Shown in pieces: positions 52,720-62,410 of a stretch of DNA of 64,000 bases. Each line of letters begins with the position of its first letter. Position 1 is the first letter of the stretch. The notes below the pieces were generated by a model that saw only the letters and a list, made by a program, of their open reading frames with translations, made no database searches and had not been told where the DNA came from. The stretch is taken from positions 256,001-320,000 of the forward strand of contig CAVSHT010000005.1 of assembly GCA_963727895.1 (NCBI GenBank). Direction: 5' to 3'. Origin of the DNA: an uncultured Methanosarcinaceae archaeon. Its GTDB lineage: Archaea; Halobacteriota; Methanosarcinia; Methanosarcinales; Methanosarcinaceae. A program made the position numbers and the translations under genes.

Positions 52720-53018
52720 GATTTTTCTATTTTCTTATCCACAAATATCATAAAAGTTGCTTTATAATCTTTAAGTTATGGAGCAGGAACCTCACTCTTG
52801 ATTATAATAAAAAAGTAACTTAGAATGCTTATTCAGAAAAAAGTAACTTAGAATACATGTATAAAATTTTGAATTATTGACTATATTATAAAAATTACAT
52901 CTATATAAATAAACACTATGGACTTTAACAGTCAAATTATAAGTACTTTTAATTAAATAATAATCTCTTAATTTAATTAATTAACTTATTGATTAAATAA
53001 TCACTGGGGGAGTGATAT

Positions 53019-53174
53019 ATGGCAGACTTGATAGGACTTGCTGTGATCTTTCTAATATTGGCATTTGTTGCGTATATACTGGGTGCACGTGGAGTTGCTG
53101 GTTTCTCTATGGAGATTGCAAAGTGGCTTGTTATAATTTTTATTATACTTGCAATCATATCGTTCTTCTTATGA
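53019..53174 (+). CDS. DUF1328/UPF0391 small membrane protein (51 aa, not in ORF track)
   Basis: [64 protein letters not shown]. Confidence 0.88.
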   Translation: MADLIGLAVIFLILAFVAYILGARGVAGFSMEIAKWLVIIFIILAIISFFL

Positions 53175-54373
53175 AGACAGACTCTACAAAATGAACGCTG
53201 GTTTTAAAATAGGCCAAATAAATTGGGACATAAAAGTCAGAGTGACAGACGTATTTTATAAGAAACAATAGACCTAAATAGGTTTATTATTCCTTGTACT
53301 TCTATTTTTACTTTTAAGTGATTTTTAAATTCTATTTATAATTTGATTTTGATTTAAGTCAAGAATTCGTTATTTCATAGAGAACCTGCTTTTCCTGACT
53401 GAATAAAAGAAATTTGGATTATCCGGAATGGGTGAATCAATTTTCTGATCATAACGAGCTTCTTTGAAGCTCATTTATTGAATTTGGAGCTTTTTATTAT
53501 CTTAGAGGTGTTCCGAATTAAAAACTATAGAAGCAAAGTGCTTGCATTCATAGAGCTCTATAACAAAGACATTTCAAATCGATTTTTTTCAGACAGCCAT
53601 TTAGCCTCATTATGATAATTCAGAAATGATTCCAAAAAGCTTTTATATCAAGTTGGGATACTACCCCATAGAAATCTAGGGAAAACTTTGAACAATATTT
53701 GAAAAGTTTATACTATTCAAGTTTCAGAAATTGAATATACTGAAATTTGCTTTGCCACCGATGTGTAGCTAAGATCACAACTCGGACTTAACCAAGACCT
53801 AGCCTGCGATCCAATAGAGGTTCTTCCAGATTAAAACCCAAATCCGGCATAAGATATCCAACCCAACCAAAAATAACCTGATATCCAACTTCGAGCCCGT
53901 TAACCAATCAGAGTTAACCCATACTCAACCTGGAATTGACCTCCGGGATTAAGTCAAAGATTTAGCTCTGATCCCCCAAAGGTCGTAATAAATCATGCAG
54001 CTTATCAAGAAACCCACGATAGACCTTGTCTTGAAAGCTTATCAAGGAGCAGCCAGACAGGAAGTCAAGCAAAAAGACCGATATACAGATAAATTTAAAA
54101 CTCACAGCTACTTATGGAAATTTGAAACAGCAAACTTTGAAACCCAAAACCCTAAAATGAGATTTTCTATTTTATCAAGCACTCTTATTAATACCTTTAA
54201 GGTTGAAAAATCAGGCTTAGTTTTCCTGCAAACTGCAAGTAAGGACCTTTTAGATTTTAATCTGCAACTGCCTGAGAACTTTATACAGGTAGCCGCTGGC
54301 CAGGCAACCGAATATTGTTCCTGTCCATTGACCTCGGAAGTCGGATACTAACCCAAATAAAACGGGTGTAAAC

Positions 54374-55927
54374 ATGTCAGTTAACGACTCGGTCAACCGG
54401 ATAGTATCAGGTTCCGGTGTAATACTTGCAGGAACCTTTATCGGAATGCTTCTCGACATTATTACTAAAAAAGTACTTACATCACATCTTTCGCCAGCCG
54501 ACTTTGGAACATATGCCCTTGCACTTACAGTAATATCAATTACAGGCGCAGTCGCAACTCTTGGCCTCAACGAGGGAGTTCCGAGATACATTGCGTTTTT
54601 CATGGGTAGACACGAAGAACAGAAAGTACCCGAATTAATACTTTCAGCCATTATTATGGGCTTGATTGCGAGTTTACTTTCAACTCTGATTTCACCTGTT
54701 CTTTTCCATAGTCTGGCTGGAAATGGCTTTGATGCACATGGCAAAATCTTATATGTAGTGAAGATTCTGATCTTTGCCGTTCCTTTTACCATACTTCTAA
54801 ACCTAGCAGTAGCTATATACAGAGGATTCGATCGCACAAACGTCAACATGTATTTCTACAACATAATAAGACCAGTGTCTTTGCTCGTATTTGCTTCCTT
54901 TTCGGTATTCATTGGAGCTTCCCTGAAAAAAGTTGTATTTGCAGACCTGTTTTCAATGGTCTTTACTTTCGGAATAATGTTAATGTACTTCATAAAGAAG
55001 CCTCCAATAAAAAGAACAGTCAAGCAGAAAAGGAAAATTAAATTTAGTGAACCAACCAGGCAGTTAATAAGATATTCATTCCCGCTTTTGATAACTTCAA
55101 CTCTGCTCAATATCATGAGCTGGATAGACACAATAATGCTTGGTTACTTTAAGTCGCCTGAAATAGTTGGGATTTACAATGCAGTATATCCTCTTGTAGG
55201 CTTTCTGTCTCTGGTAATATCTTCAATGGGCTTTGTATATGTCCCTGTTACATCCAGGCTCTGGGGCCAAAACAATACGGAATCTATTGGTTCTATCTAT
55301 GCGGTAATGACTAAATGGTGCTTCTTGCTAACTTTCCCTCTCTTTGCACTGATATTCGTGTATCCTGAGCACTTTATCACTAAACTCTATGGAGCTCAAT
55401 ATGTAAGTGGTGCAACAACCTTGCGTATCCTTGCTCTGGGATTCATAGCAAACTCATACTTCGGATTTAATTATCACACTCTGTTAGCTTCTGGAGATTC
55501 TGATTTCCTTATGAAATGCTCAGTAACAAGTGCTGGCATTAATGCTGTTCTCAATTTCATGCTAATACCTCAGTATGGTATGGTAGGTGCAGCTATAGGA
55601 ACTGCAGTATCCTTTTCATCTATTGAAGTTCTTATGACTTTGAGAGCCTGGAAAAAGCAGAATATGCATCCTTTCACTTCTCTGTACAGGAAACTGACCG
55701 TTATTGTTTCCTTTTTGATGGTATTCATGCTTGCAGCCAGGAATGCGCATCTGCTTACTGGAGCTAACTGGGAGTATGCAACCTTTATAGTCGGATATTT
55801 TCTGATTATATACCGAACAAGAATACTGGATAGCAGTGAAATGGAGATGATAGGTGAAATCAGGAAGAATATCAGGTATAATATTAGTCTCCACATTCCT
55901 GAATCGCTTAAAACCCTTACAGCATAA
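54374..55927 (+). CDS. Polysaccharide flippase (Wzx/MOP family)
   Basis: LSPADFGTY, LGLNEGVPRYI, WIDTIMLGYF, VGIYN, LIPQYGMVGAA. Confidence 0.92.
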   Translation: MSVNDSVNRIVSGSGVILAGTFIGMLLDIITKKVLTSHLSPADFGTYALALTVISITGAVATLGLNEGVPRYIAFFMGRHEEQKVPELILSAIIMGLIASLLSTLISPVLFHSLAGNGFDAHGKILYVVKILIFAVPFTILLNLAVAIYRGFDRTNVNMYFYNIIRPVSLLVFASFSVFIGASLKKVVFADLFSMVFTFGIMLMYFIKKPPIKRTVKQKRKIKFSEPTRQLIRYSFPLLITSTLLNIMSWIDTIMLGYFKSPEIVGIYNAVYPLVGFLSLVISSMGFVYVPVTSRLWGQNNTESIGSIYAVMTKWCFLLTFPLFALIFVYPEHFITKLYGAQYVSGATTLRILALGFIANSYFGFNYHTLLASGDSDFLMKCSVTSAGINAVLNFMLIPQYGMVGAAIGTAVSFSSIEVLMTLRAWKKQNMHPFTSLYRKLTVIVSFLMVFMLAARNAHLLTGANWEYATFIVGYFLIIYRTRILDSSEMEMIGEIRKNIRYNISLHIPESLKTLTA

Positions 55928-55947
55928 TTTGATTCCTTGAAGAGAAA

Positions 55948-56010
55948 GCCGGTAATCCTTTGTTGAAATTGCCGGCAACTTTATTTTTATTTTATTTATT
56001 TTATTTATAC
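55948..56010 (+). terminator. Hairpin plus T-rich tract after flippase
   Basis: GCCGGTAAT...ATTGCCGGC followed by TTTATTTTT repeats. Confidence 0.5.
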
Positions 56011-56147
56011 CAATTTATTTCAATTTAGAGGATTTTTTCAGTTTATCGAATGCTTGTTTTTCTTTTGTACTCTATTCTGTGTAGAAAAAGAAAAGTCTGC
56101 ACAAGTTTAATAAAAAGTATTTAATAAAAGTGCAATATATAATACAT

Positions 56148-56215
56148 TGGGAAATATGAGCAGTGGGAAATATGAGCAGTGGGAAATATGAGCAGTGGGA
56201 AATATGAGCAGTGGG
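56148..56215. repeat. 16-bp tandem repeat x4 over the YihY start region
   Basis: (TGGGAAATATGAGCAG)x4. Confidence 0.95.
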
Positions 56216-57034
56216 TACTTAAGTAATCTTATTAGCAAAACGATAAATAAATGGCTAGAAGACGACGCAATGACCTACAGCGCTGCATTGGCGTTTTACT
56301 TTATGTTGAGTCTTCCTCCTCTCCTATTATTGTCTGTCTCCATTGGCAGTATTTTTCTAAAGTCAAAAAGTCTTCAGGAAACGATACTCAGTCATCTGGA
56401 TGGAGTCATAGATGAAGTAACTAGAAATATGATAATTTTGCTTTTCGAACGTATTCCAGAAATCAGCTCATTATCAATAAGCGCATTAATAGGTCTTATT
56501 TTATTGCTCTGGAGTGCAAGTAATATTTTCAGGCAGTTGAAGAATTTCCTTGAGAAAGCATGGGATGTCAAATCTGTTGAAACAAATAATGTAAAAGACT
56601 TTGTAAATGATGCCATAGCGTCTTTTGTTATTGTAATTTTGTTTGGGGGGCTACTTGTAATGAGCATATTTATTGAAGGATTTCTTTATGCTGCTTCAAA
56701 CGTATTCCAGCAGATTCTACCGTTTTCTCCTGTAATTGCTGATTATACAGGTCCAATAGCCAGCTTCCTAATTCTTGTTATATTTTTTATACTTGTATAC
56801 AAAGTGCTTCCCACTAAGAGTTTTGATATTAAATCGGTTTTTGTGGGAGCTCTCGTAACAGCAATTCTTGTAACAATAGGAAAATACGCAATTGTGCTTT
56901 TTATTTCATATAGTAACCCTACAAATGTGTATGGAGCGATAGGATCTATTATAGGATTATTTCTTCTGTTTTACTATTCCTCAATAATGATTACACTTGG
57001 AGCAGAATTTACTAAAATTTATGCTGAGTCATAG
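56195..57034 (+). CDS. YihY/virulence factor BrkB family membrane protein
   Basis: SAALAFYFMLSLPP, YKVLP, YGAIGSII, LGAEF. Confidence 0.9.
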   Translation: MGNMSSGYLSNLISKTINKWLEDDAMTYSAALAFYFMLSLPPLLLLSVSIGSIFLKSKSLQETILSHLDGVIDEVTRNMIILLFERIPEISSLSISALIGLILLLWSASNIFRQLKNFLEKAWDVKSVETNNVKDFVNDAIASFVIVILFGGLLVMSIFIEGFLYAASNVFQQILPFSPVIADYTGPIASFLILVIFFILVYKVLPTKSFDIKSVFVGALVTAILVTIGKYAIVLFISYSNPTNVYGAIGSIIGLFLLFYYSSIMITLGAEFTKIYAES

Positions 57035-57224
57035 AGTATTGACTTCTGTATAAGAAATGTTCAAACTTTGTTTAAGTTTTTTGTTTTACTTCATATCTAT
57101 TGCTATTCGTTTTCTGCAGAATCACGCTATAAAGTTACTATTGGGATGAAAAATAATCCTTAAAATCTTACATAATTATCTTTATCGGGAATATTCTTAT
57201 ATTATTAAAGTAAAAAAAGAAAGG

Positions 57225-57248
57225 CGTTATGTATCCGACAACATAACA
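57225..57248. promoter_or_regulatory. ModE-type operator upstream of mod remnant
   Basis: CGTTATGT-N8-ACATAACA dyad 43 bp before modA remnant. Confidence 0.65.
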
Positions 57249-57290
57249 TTTCATTCGTGACCCAATATATCTATCTTGAGAGGAAGTAGT

Positions 57291-57422
57291 ATGAGAAAAA
57301 TGGTTTATGCTGGAGACATAAAACAGGTTCTTTTAGATGTTGAAAGAAAAGAGGTTGATGCAAGGTTTGCATATAATATAAAAGATGCAGAGACAAAAAA
57401 CTATGCAAAAGTAAGGATTTAG
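57291..57422 (+). pseudogene. modA: Internally deleted molybdate-binding protein remnant
   Basis: MRK fused to MVYAGDIKQVLLDVERKEVDARF (ModA internal motif); directly upstream of modB. Confidence 0.7.
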
Positions 57423-57448
57423 ATTGCCATCTAAGTGACAAGAATTAG

Positions 57449-58132
57449 ATGATCTCTATGTTAGACCAAATCTGGTTTCCTTTATCCAATACTCTTAGGA
57501 TAGCTACCATAGCATCTGTCCTCGTGCTTTGCAGTGGTGTAGTAATCGCTTATATATTCGCAAGGTATGATTTTTGGGGAAAAGAGCTTGCAGAACTGCT
57601 GGTAACACTTCCCTTGATTCTTCCGCCCACTGTTACTGGATATATTTTGATTATGTTTGTAGGAAGAAATGGACTTCTTGGTCATTTTATTTACAAGATT
57701 TTGGGGACCGGGATCCTGTTTACCTGGCAGGCTGCAGTCATTGCGACTTATACAGTTTCTCTTCCTCTTATGGTAAGAGCTGCTCAAGCAGCTATTGAAG
57801 CAGTAGATAGAGAACTTGAATATGCAGCTTATATTCTTGGAAGAAGTGAAATTGAAACTGCTTTTTTAGTAACATTGCCTCTTGCAAGAAAAGGAATATT
57901 GGCAGGACTGGTACTAAGTTTTGCAAGAGCAGTAGGAGAATTTGGAGCAACCCTTATGCTGGCAGGGAATATCCCAGGAAAAACAAATACCATGTCTACT
58001 TCAATATATAGTGCTTTCCAAGAAGGTAATGATAACTTTGCTCAAACACTGGTTCTAATCCTTATTTTTATGTCAATGCTATTCATTGCCATTACTGAAA
58101 AAATTGCAGGTAAAAACAAATTTGAGGTTTAA
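57449..58132 (+). CDS. modB: Molybdate ABC transporter permease
   Basis: LPLILPPTVTGY, FARAVGEFGATLMLAGNIPGKT. Confidence 0.93.
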   Translation: MISMLDQIWFPLSNTLRIATIASVLVLCSGVVIAYIFARYDFWGKELAELLVTLPLILPPTVTGYILIMFVGRNGLLGHFIYKILGTGILFTWQAAVIATYTVSLPLMVRAAQAAIEAVDRELEYAAYILGRSEIETAFLVTLPLARKGILAGLVLSFARAVGEFGATLMLAGNIPGKTNTMSTSIYSAFQEGNDNFAQTLVLILIFMSMLFIAITEKIAGKNKFEV

Positions 58133-58440
58133 TTATGGTTTACTTATAATATATGATTTAACTTATTTAATACCTAATCTAACCTATTTTCTTCATTTTT
58201 GATTTGATTTGATACTATTCCCCCATTTTATTCTACTATTTATTTCTTATATCTTCTTTTCTTCCTTTCTTATGCACTTCTTTTTATTTACTCCTATTTC
58301 TAATTGTTCAGAAAAAGCTTTAAAATTGATTGAGAGTTAATAATAACGATTATATTACAATAAAAAATTCGTATGAATAATAAAATAAAATAAAATAAAA
58401 TAAAATAAAATAAATTCTCATGAGAAATGGAGATGATACA

Positions 58441-58740
58441 TTGATAGAAAATCCATTACAGGTTATTGTGGATCAGGATCCTGAATTCTTTACTCTGCTT
58501 GAAAATACACGTGAACTTGCTTTTGTGGAAGGTGGTATCCCTCTCAAATATAAGTTCCTGCTTGCAATGGCCCTTGATGCAGCTAATGGTTCGATTAACG
58601 GAGTAAAGTTCCTTGCAATTCAGGCAATGCAAGAAGGGGCAACAAAGGAAGAAATAATGCAGGCAATAAGAATAGCTCAGTATGTTTTTGGAGTTGGAAG
58701 CGTATACACTGCTTCAGAAGCCTTTAAAGATATTTTGTAA
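58441..58740 (+). CDS. Carboxymuconolactone decarboxylase/AhpD-like protein
   Basis: IPLKYKFLLAMALDA, AMQEGATKEEI; GGAGATGA before TTG 58441. Confidence 0.85.
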   Translation: MIENPLQVIVDQDPEFFTLLENTRELAFVEGGIPLKYKFLLAMALDAANGSINGVKFLAIQAMQEGATKEEIMQAIRIAQYVFGVGSVYTASEAFKDIL

Positions 58741-58920
58741 TACGATCATAAGGTGATTATTTTGCTTTGCGAAGGCTAAATAATTTCATCTTATCATTAT
58801 TTATCTCTCATAAATATCTTTTTTTCTATATTCCTGTTTTGTTCTCTTTATTATACATCAATATTCCATCTCTGAAACAATTCTCTTAATTATTGAATTG
58901 ATGCTATTTTCTTTTTAATC

Positions 58921-59215
58921 TTACTCAAGTGGTAAACAACCATCGATTACTATTGACTTTGTAATTGTAGAGTTCTCCCTGAAAGGTGCAATCTTCAATA
59001 TTCAGGAGAATCAAAACAATTCTTTAATTGCTCCATAGTCTCAAATTCAATCAGGATTATTCTCTCAGGTTTCCGGTTACCAAATAAGGAAACGATATTA
59101 TCTCCCCTGGCCAGATATTTGTCTGCGTGCTTTTTTATAATTTATGGGACTTTCTCTACATATCTTAGAGTTCATGGTTCATAATCGTAATTTGAATAAT
59201 CATATAAACGGACAT
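58921..59215 (-). pseudogene. DUF1330-family gene with stops and frameshifts (not in ORF track)
   Basis: MSVYMIIQITI...YLARGD...PERIILIEFETME...CFDSPEY..IAPFR. Confidence 0.75.
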
Positions 59216-59328
59216 TTTTCTCCTTCCAATACTTTTACTATTTATTGAAATTGCTATCTACAAAACGTATTACTGAACTTAACAAATATTTATGGTTATG
59301 AAATGGAAAAGTTCTAAGTAATAATAAG

Positions 59329-60068
59329 GGCATTGGTAATTAAAAATAGGTATATATGCTTATAACATATATTTCTTCATGAACTGCCCAAAATGTAATA
59401 GTTCCAGTCACAAAAAGAATGGTATAGTTGGCGGGCGTCAACGGTACAAATGCTCTGATTGTGGATATAACTATACAGTAGAGCTAAAATCAACTGCTTT
59501 TTCCGCCTCTGTCAAAAAACAGGCTTTACAACTCTATCTTGAAGGATTGGGCTTTCGTTCAATAGGAAGAGTTTTAGGGGTGAGTCATGTTTCTGTCCAA
59601 AGATGGATCAAGAAATTTGGTCAGGAGTTAGAGGACCTAAAAAGTGAAAATGAGATATCTATTGTTGAAATGGATGAGATGCACACTTACATCGGTAACA
59701 TAAAAAATATTGCTGGATCTGGATTGCTGTTGATAGAGTTGGGAAAAAGTTCATCAACTGCTCTTTTGATAGCAGAGGAACGGAAACTGGAAAACTACTC
59801 TGGGAAAAATTGAAGAAAAAAGAGATTGGAGAAGTGATGACAGATCACTGGAGAGCATATGCAGAGTTTATTCCTGAAACGATTCATACTCAATCCAAAG
59901 CAGAAACATTTACAGTTGAAGGATATAACAGCATATTGAGGCACTTTTTAGCAAGATTGAGAAGAAAAACAAAGTGTTATACGAAGAGTCTTGAAATGCT
60001 AAAGTACTCGGTTATTCTATTGATGAAATAAAGAAATAAAGAGTTAAATATGTTTAGTTAACAATACC
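59329..60068 (+). mobile_element. IS1-family element, copy 9 (slippery A8 broken, TAA at 60029)
   Basis: TIRs; TSD ATAATAAG / ATAATACG (7/8); AACATAAAAAAT instead of AACAAAAAAAAT. Confidence 0.95.
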
Positions 60069-60413
60069 ATAATACGAAATGCATATAATTATTAAAGAGT
60101 CAACCGAATAAATAAAATTAACTATTTCAATGTTTTATCAGGATAGCAAGACTGTGGTAAACCTTATCCTTAATCTGATTTATCAAAGGAAAATGATGGA
60201 CTTATTGAAAATGAATTCTGAATTCTCTGGAGAGGTCTGACTAAAAATTAGTTTTTATCGCATTTATGATTGAGTAGTCAATCATATATACAAGATGAAT
60301 TAATCAATCATATAGGAAGTAATAACCAATTAATCTAAAAAATAAGCAATTGATAAAATACAATAAGTCTCTATTAGAAAGATAGAACATTTAAAGAGCC
60401 CAGGAGAATAAAA

Positions 60414-61616
60414 ATGCTTTATAGAAAAATGCCAAAGAATGGAGACGAACTTTCAATACTCGGATTTGGGTGCATGCGGCTCCCAGTGAAAGATGACGGT
60501 ACAATAGATAAAGAAAGAGCTACCCAGCAAGTTCGCTATGCAATTGATAATGGAGTAAATTATATCGATACTGCCTGGCCATATCACATGGGAGAAAGTG
60601 AGCCTTTCCTTGGCAGAGCCCTTGCCGATGGATACAGAGAAAAGGTTAAACTTGCTACGAAACTTCCGTCATGGCTCATAGAAAGTCGTGGAGATATGGA
60701 TAAATTCCTTAATGTTCAGTTAGACAGACTTAAGACGGACCATATTGATTATTATCTGGTCCATGGGATTGCAGGAGAAGTATGGAATAAGCTTGAGCCT
60801 CTTGGTATAATTGATTTCCTTGACAAAGCAAAAGCTGATGGACGTATTACTAATGCAGGTTTTTCTTTCCATGGGTCAGTTGAGGATTTTAAGCGGATTG
60901 TCGATGCATATCCCTGGGCTTTCTGTCAAATTCAGTATAATTTCATGGATGAAAAGCAACAGGCAGGAACTGAAGGGCTTGAGTATGCCACTTCAAAAGA
61001 ATTGGGTGTGATCATAATGGAGCCTCTGCTTGGAGGCAATCTGGCCAGTCCGGTACCTCCTGAAGTACAGGAAATATGGGACGGAGCTGAAGTAAAAAGA
61101 ACCCCTGCAGAATGGGCTTTTCGCTGGGTGTGGAATCATCCGGAGGTAACAGTAGTACTTTCAGGAATGAATGAAGAATCACAGATTGAAGAAAACCTGA
61201 AAATTGCGGATGAAGCTTATCCGAATTCTCTGACTGAAAACGAAATACAGATTGTTAGTAAAGTTGAGCAGAAATATCGTCAGCTCATGAAAATTGGCTG
61301 TACAGGTTGTCGGTACTGTATGCCCTGTCCTTCAGGAGTTAATATTCCTGAATGCTTCAGTATTTACAATAACTTGCATATGTTTGGTAATGCAGATAGC
61401 TCCAAATTTACATATGCGGTCAGAATGAGCGGTGTATTCACAAACAGTGAGCCTGGAGGATTTGCTTCCCAATGCATTGAATGTGGTCAATGTGTAGAGA
61501 AATGTCCTCAGGGTTTAAAAATACCTGATCTACTAAAAGCTGTGGTAGAAGAATTGGAGGGACCTGACCTGGAGAACAGGATGAATATGGCTAAACAACT
61601 TTTTAAGAAAAAGTGA
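60414..61616 (+). CDS. Aldo/keto reductase with C-terminal 4Fe-4S domain
   Basis: LGFGCMRLP, IDTAWPY, IMEPLLGG, CTGCRYCMPCP, CIECGQCVEKCP. Confidence 0.93.
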   Translation: MLYRKMPKNGDELSILGFGCMRLPVKDDGTIDKERATQQVRYAIDNGVNYIDTAWPYHMGESEPFLGRALADGYREKVKLATKLPSWLIESRGDMDKFLNVQLDRLKTDHIDYYLVHGIAGEVWNKLEPLGIIDFLDKAKADGRITNAGFSFHGSVEDFKRIVDAYPWAFCQIQYNFMDEKQQAGTEGLEYATSKELGVIIMEPLLGGNLASPVPPEVQEIWDGAEVKRTPAEWAFRWVWNHPEVTVVLSGMNEESQIEENLKIADEAYPNSLTENEIQIVSKVEQKYRQLMKIGCTGCRYCMPCPSGVNIPECFSIYNNLHMFGNADSSKFTYAVRMSGVFTNSEPGGFASQCIECGQCVEKCPQGLKIPDLLKAVVEELEGPDLENRMNMAKQLFKKK

Positions 61617-61891
61617 TTATGATATTCCACAAACTGGTTTATACCCTCAATAACTTAGTCAATAAAGAAGTTTTCACAGCAGTTTTGGTTCTAATCGATC
61701 AAGTCTGATATATTTGTAATTTCATTTAGCCTGATCAATTTTTTAATATTAAAAATAGAGGAAAGTAGGGATTGCACAAAAATATACCTTTGATAGCTTA
61801 ATTATTTTAGAGACTATGTGAATTAAAGGTGACATGACTAATAGATAAATAAAGTAAGGAAAACAGCACAGAAAACTTTATGTTTCTTATT

Positions 61892-62008
61892 TAGGACTTA
61901 CGCACATATGCTGTGACTCAAGCACAGTAGACTTCATTAGAAGTATTTTACTTTTTGAAAGTTGGGATTTTACTGCTATCGTTTTTGAATTCAAGTGCGT
62001 AAGTCCTA
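61892..62008. mobile_element. 117-bp MITE with perfect 14-bp TIR
   Basis: TAGGACTTACGCAC ... GTGCGTAAGTCCTA. Confidence 0.85.
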
Positions 62009-62410
62009 TATTGTATAGGGCTAGCATCCTGCCAAATGCTCGTTTTTAGGGGTTTGGGCAGCGTTTTTTTCACAGGGTTATTTTTAGACTTTCCTTTGTC
62101 CTGTGTATGCAATACAAAATTGCCAATTTTAATATAAAAGGATTGCGGTAGTTTTTAAAAGATATTATCGGTAAAAGGAATCCTATTACTTATGAAAATA
62201 TCAAGTTATTTGTTTCAAGTTAATGGAGTTTGTTATTTCAGGAAATTTCAACACATCTCTTCAATTTTAATAAAACTCGATTTGAATTTTCATGATCTTT
62301 AATAATTGAAACCACATTTTTGTTTTTACTCACTGTTTTTAACTCTTGTATATTATTTTTATACTTGTATATACTTTAAATTTATTAAGCATGAATATAA
62401 ATAGTGATCG

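Noticed and set aside
53504..53598. Possible degenerate MITE (GAGGTGTTCCGAA ... TTCAGACAGCC)
   Set aside because: TIR match is too weak and no TSD or second copy is visible.
53995..54351. 118-aa ORF upstream of the flippase
   Set aside because: No recognisable motif or RBS; treated as part of the leader, though not excluded.
57032..57034. Genome-wide reassignment of TAG to pyrrolysine
   Set aside because: YihY and the APC remnant end at TAG at plausible family termini, and TAA/TGA nonsense codons are as common as TAG; only local read-through is kept as a hypothesis.
58377..58414. (AAAAT)n microsatellite
   Set aside because: Simple low-complexity tract in AT-rich intergenic DNA with no evidence of function.
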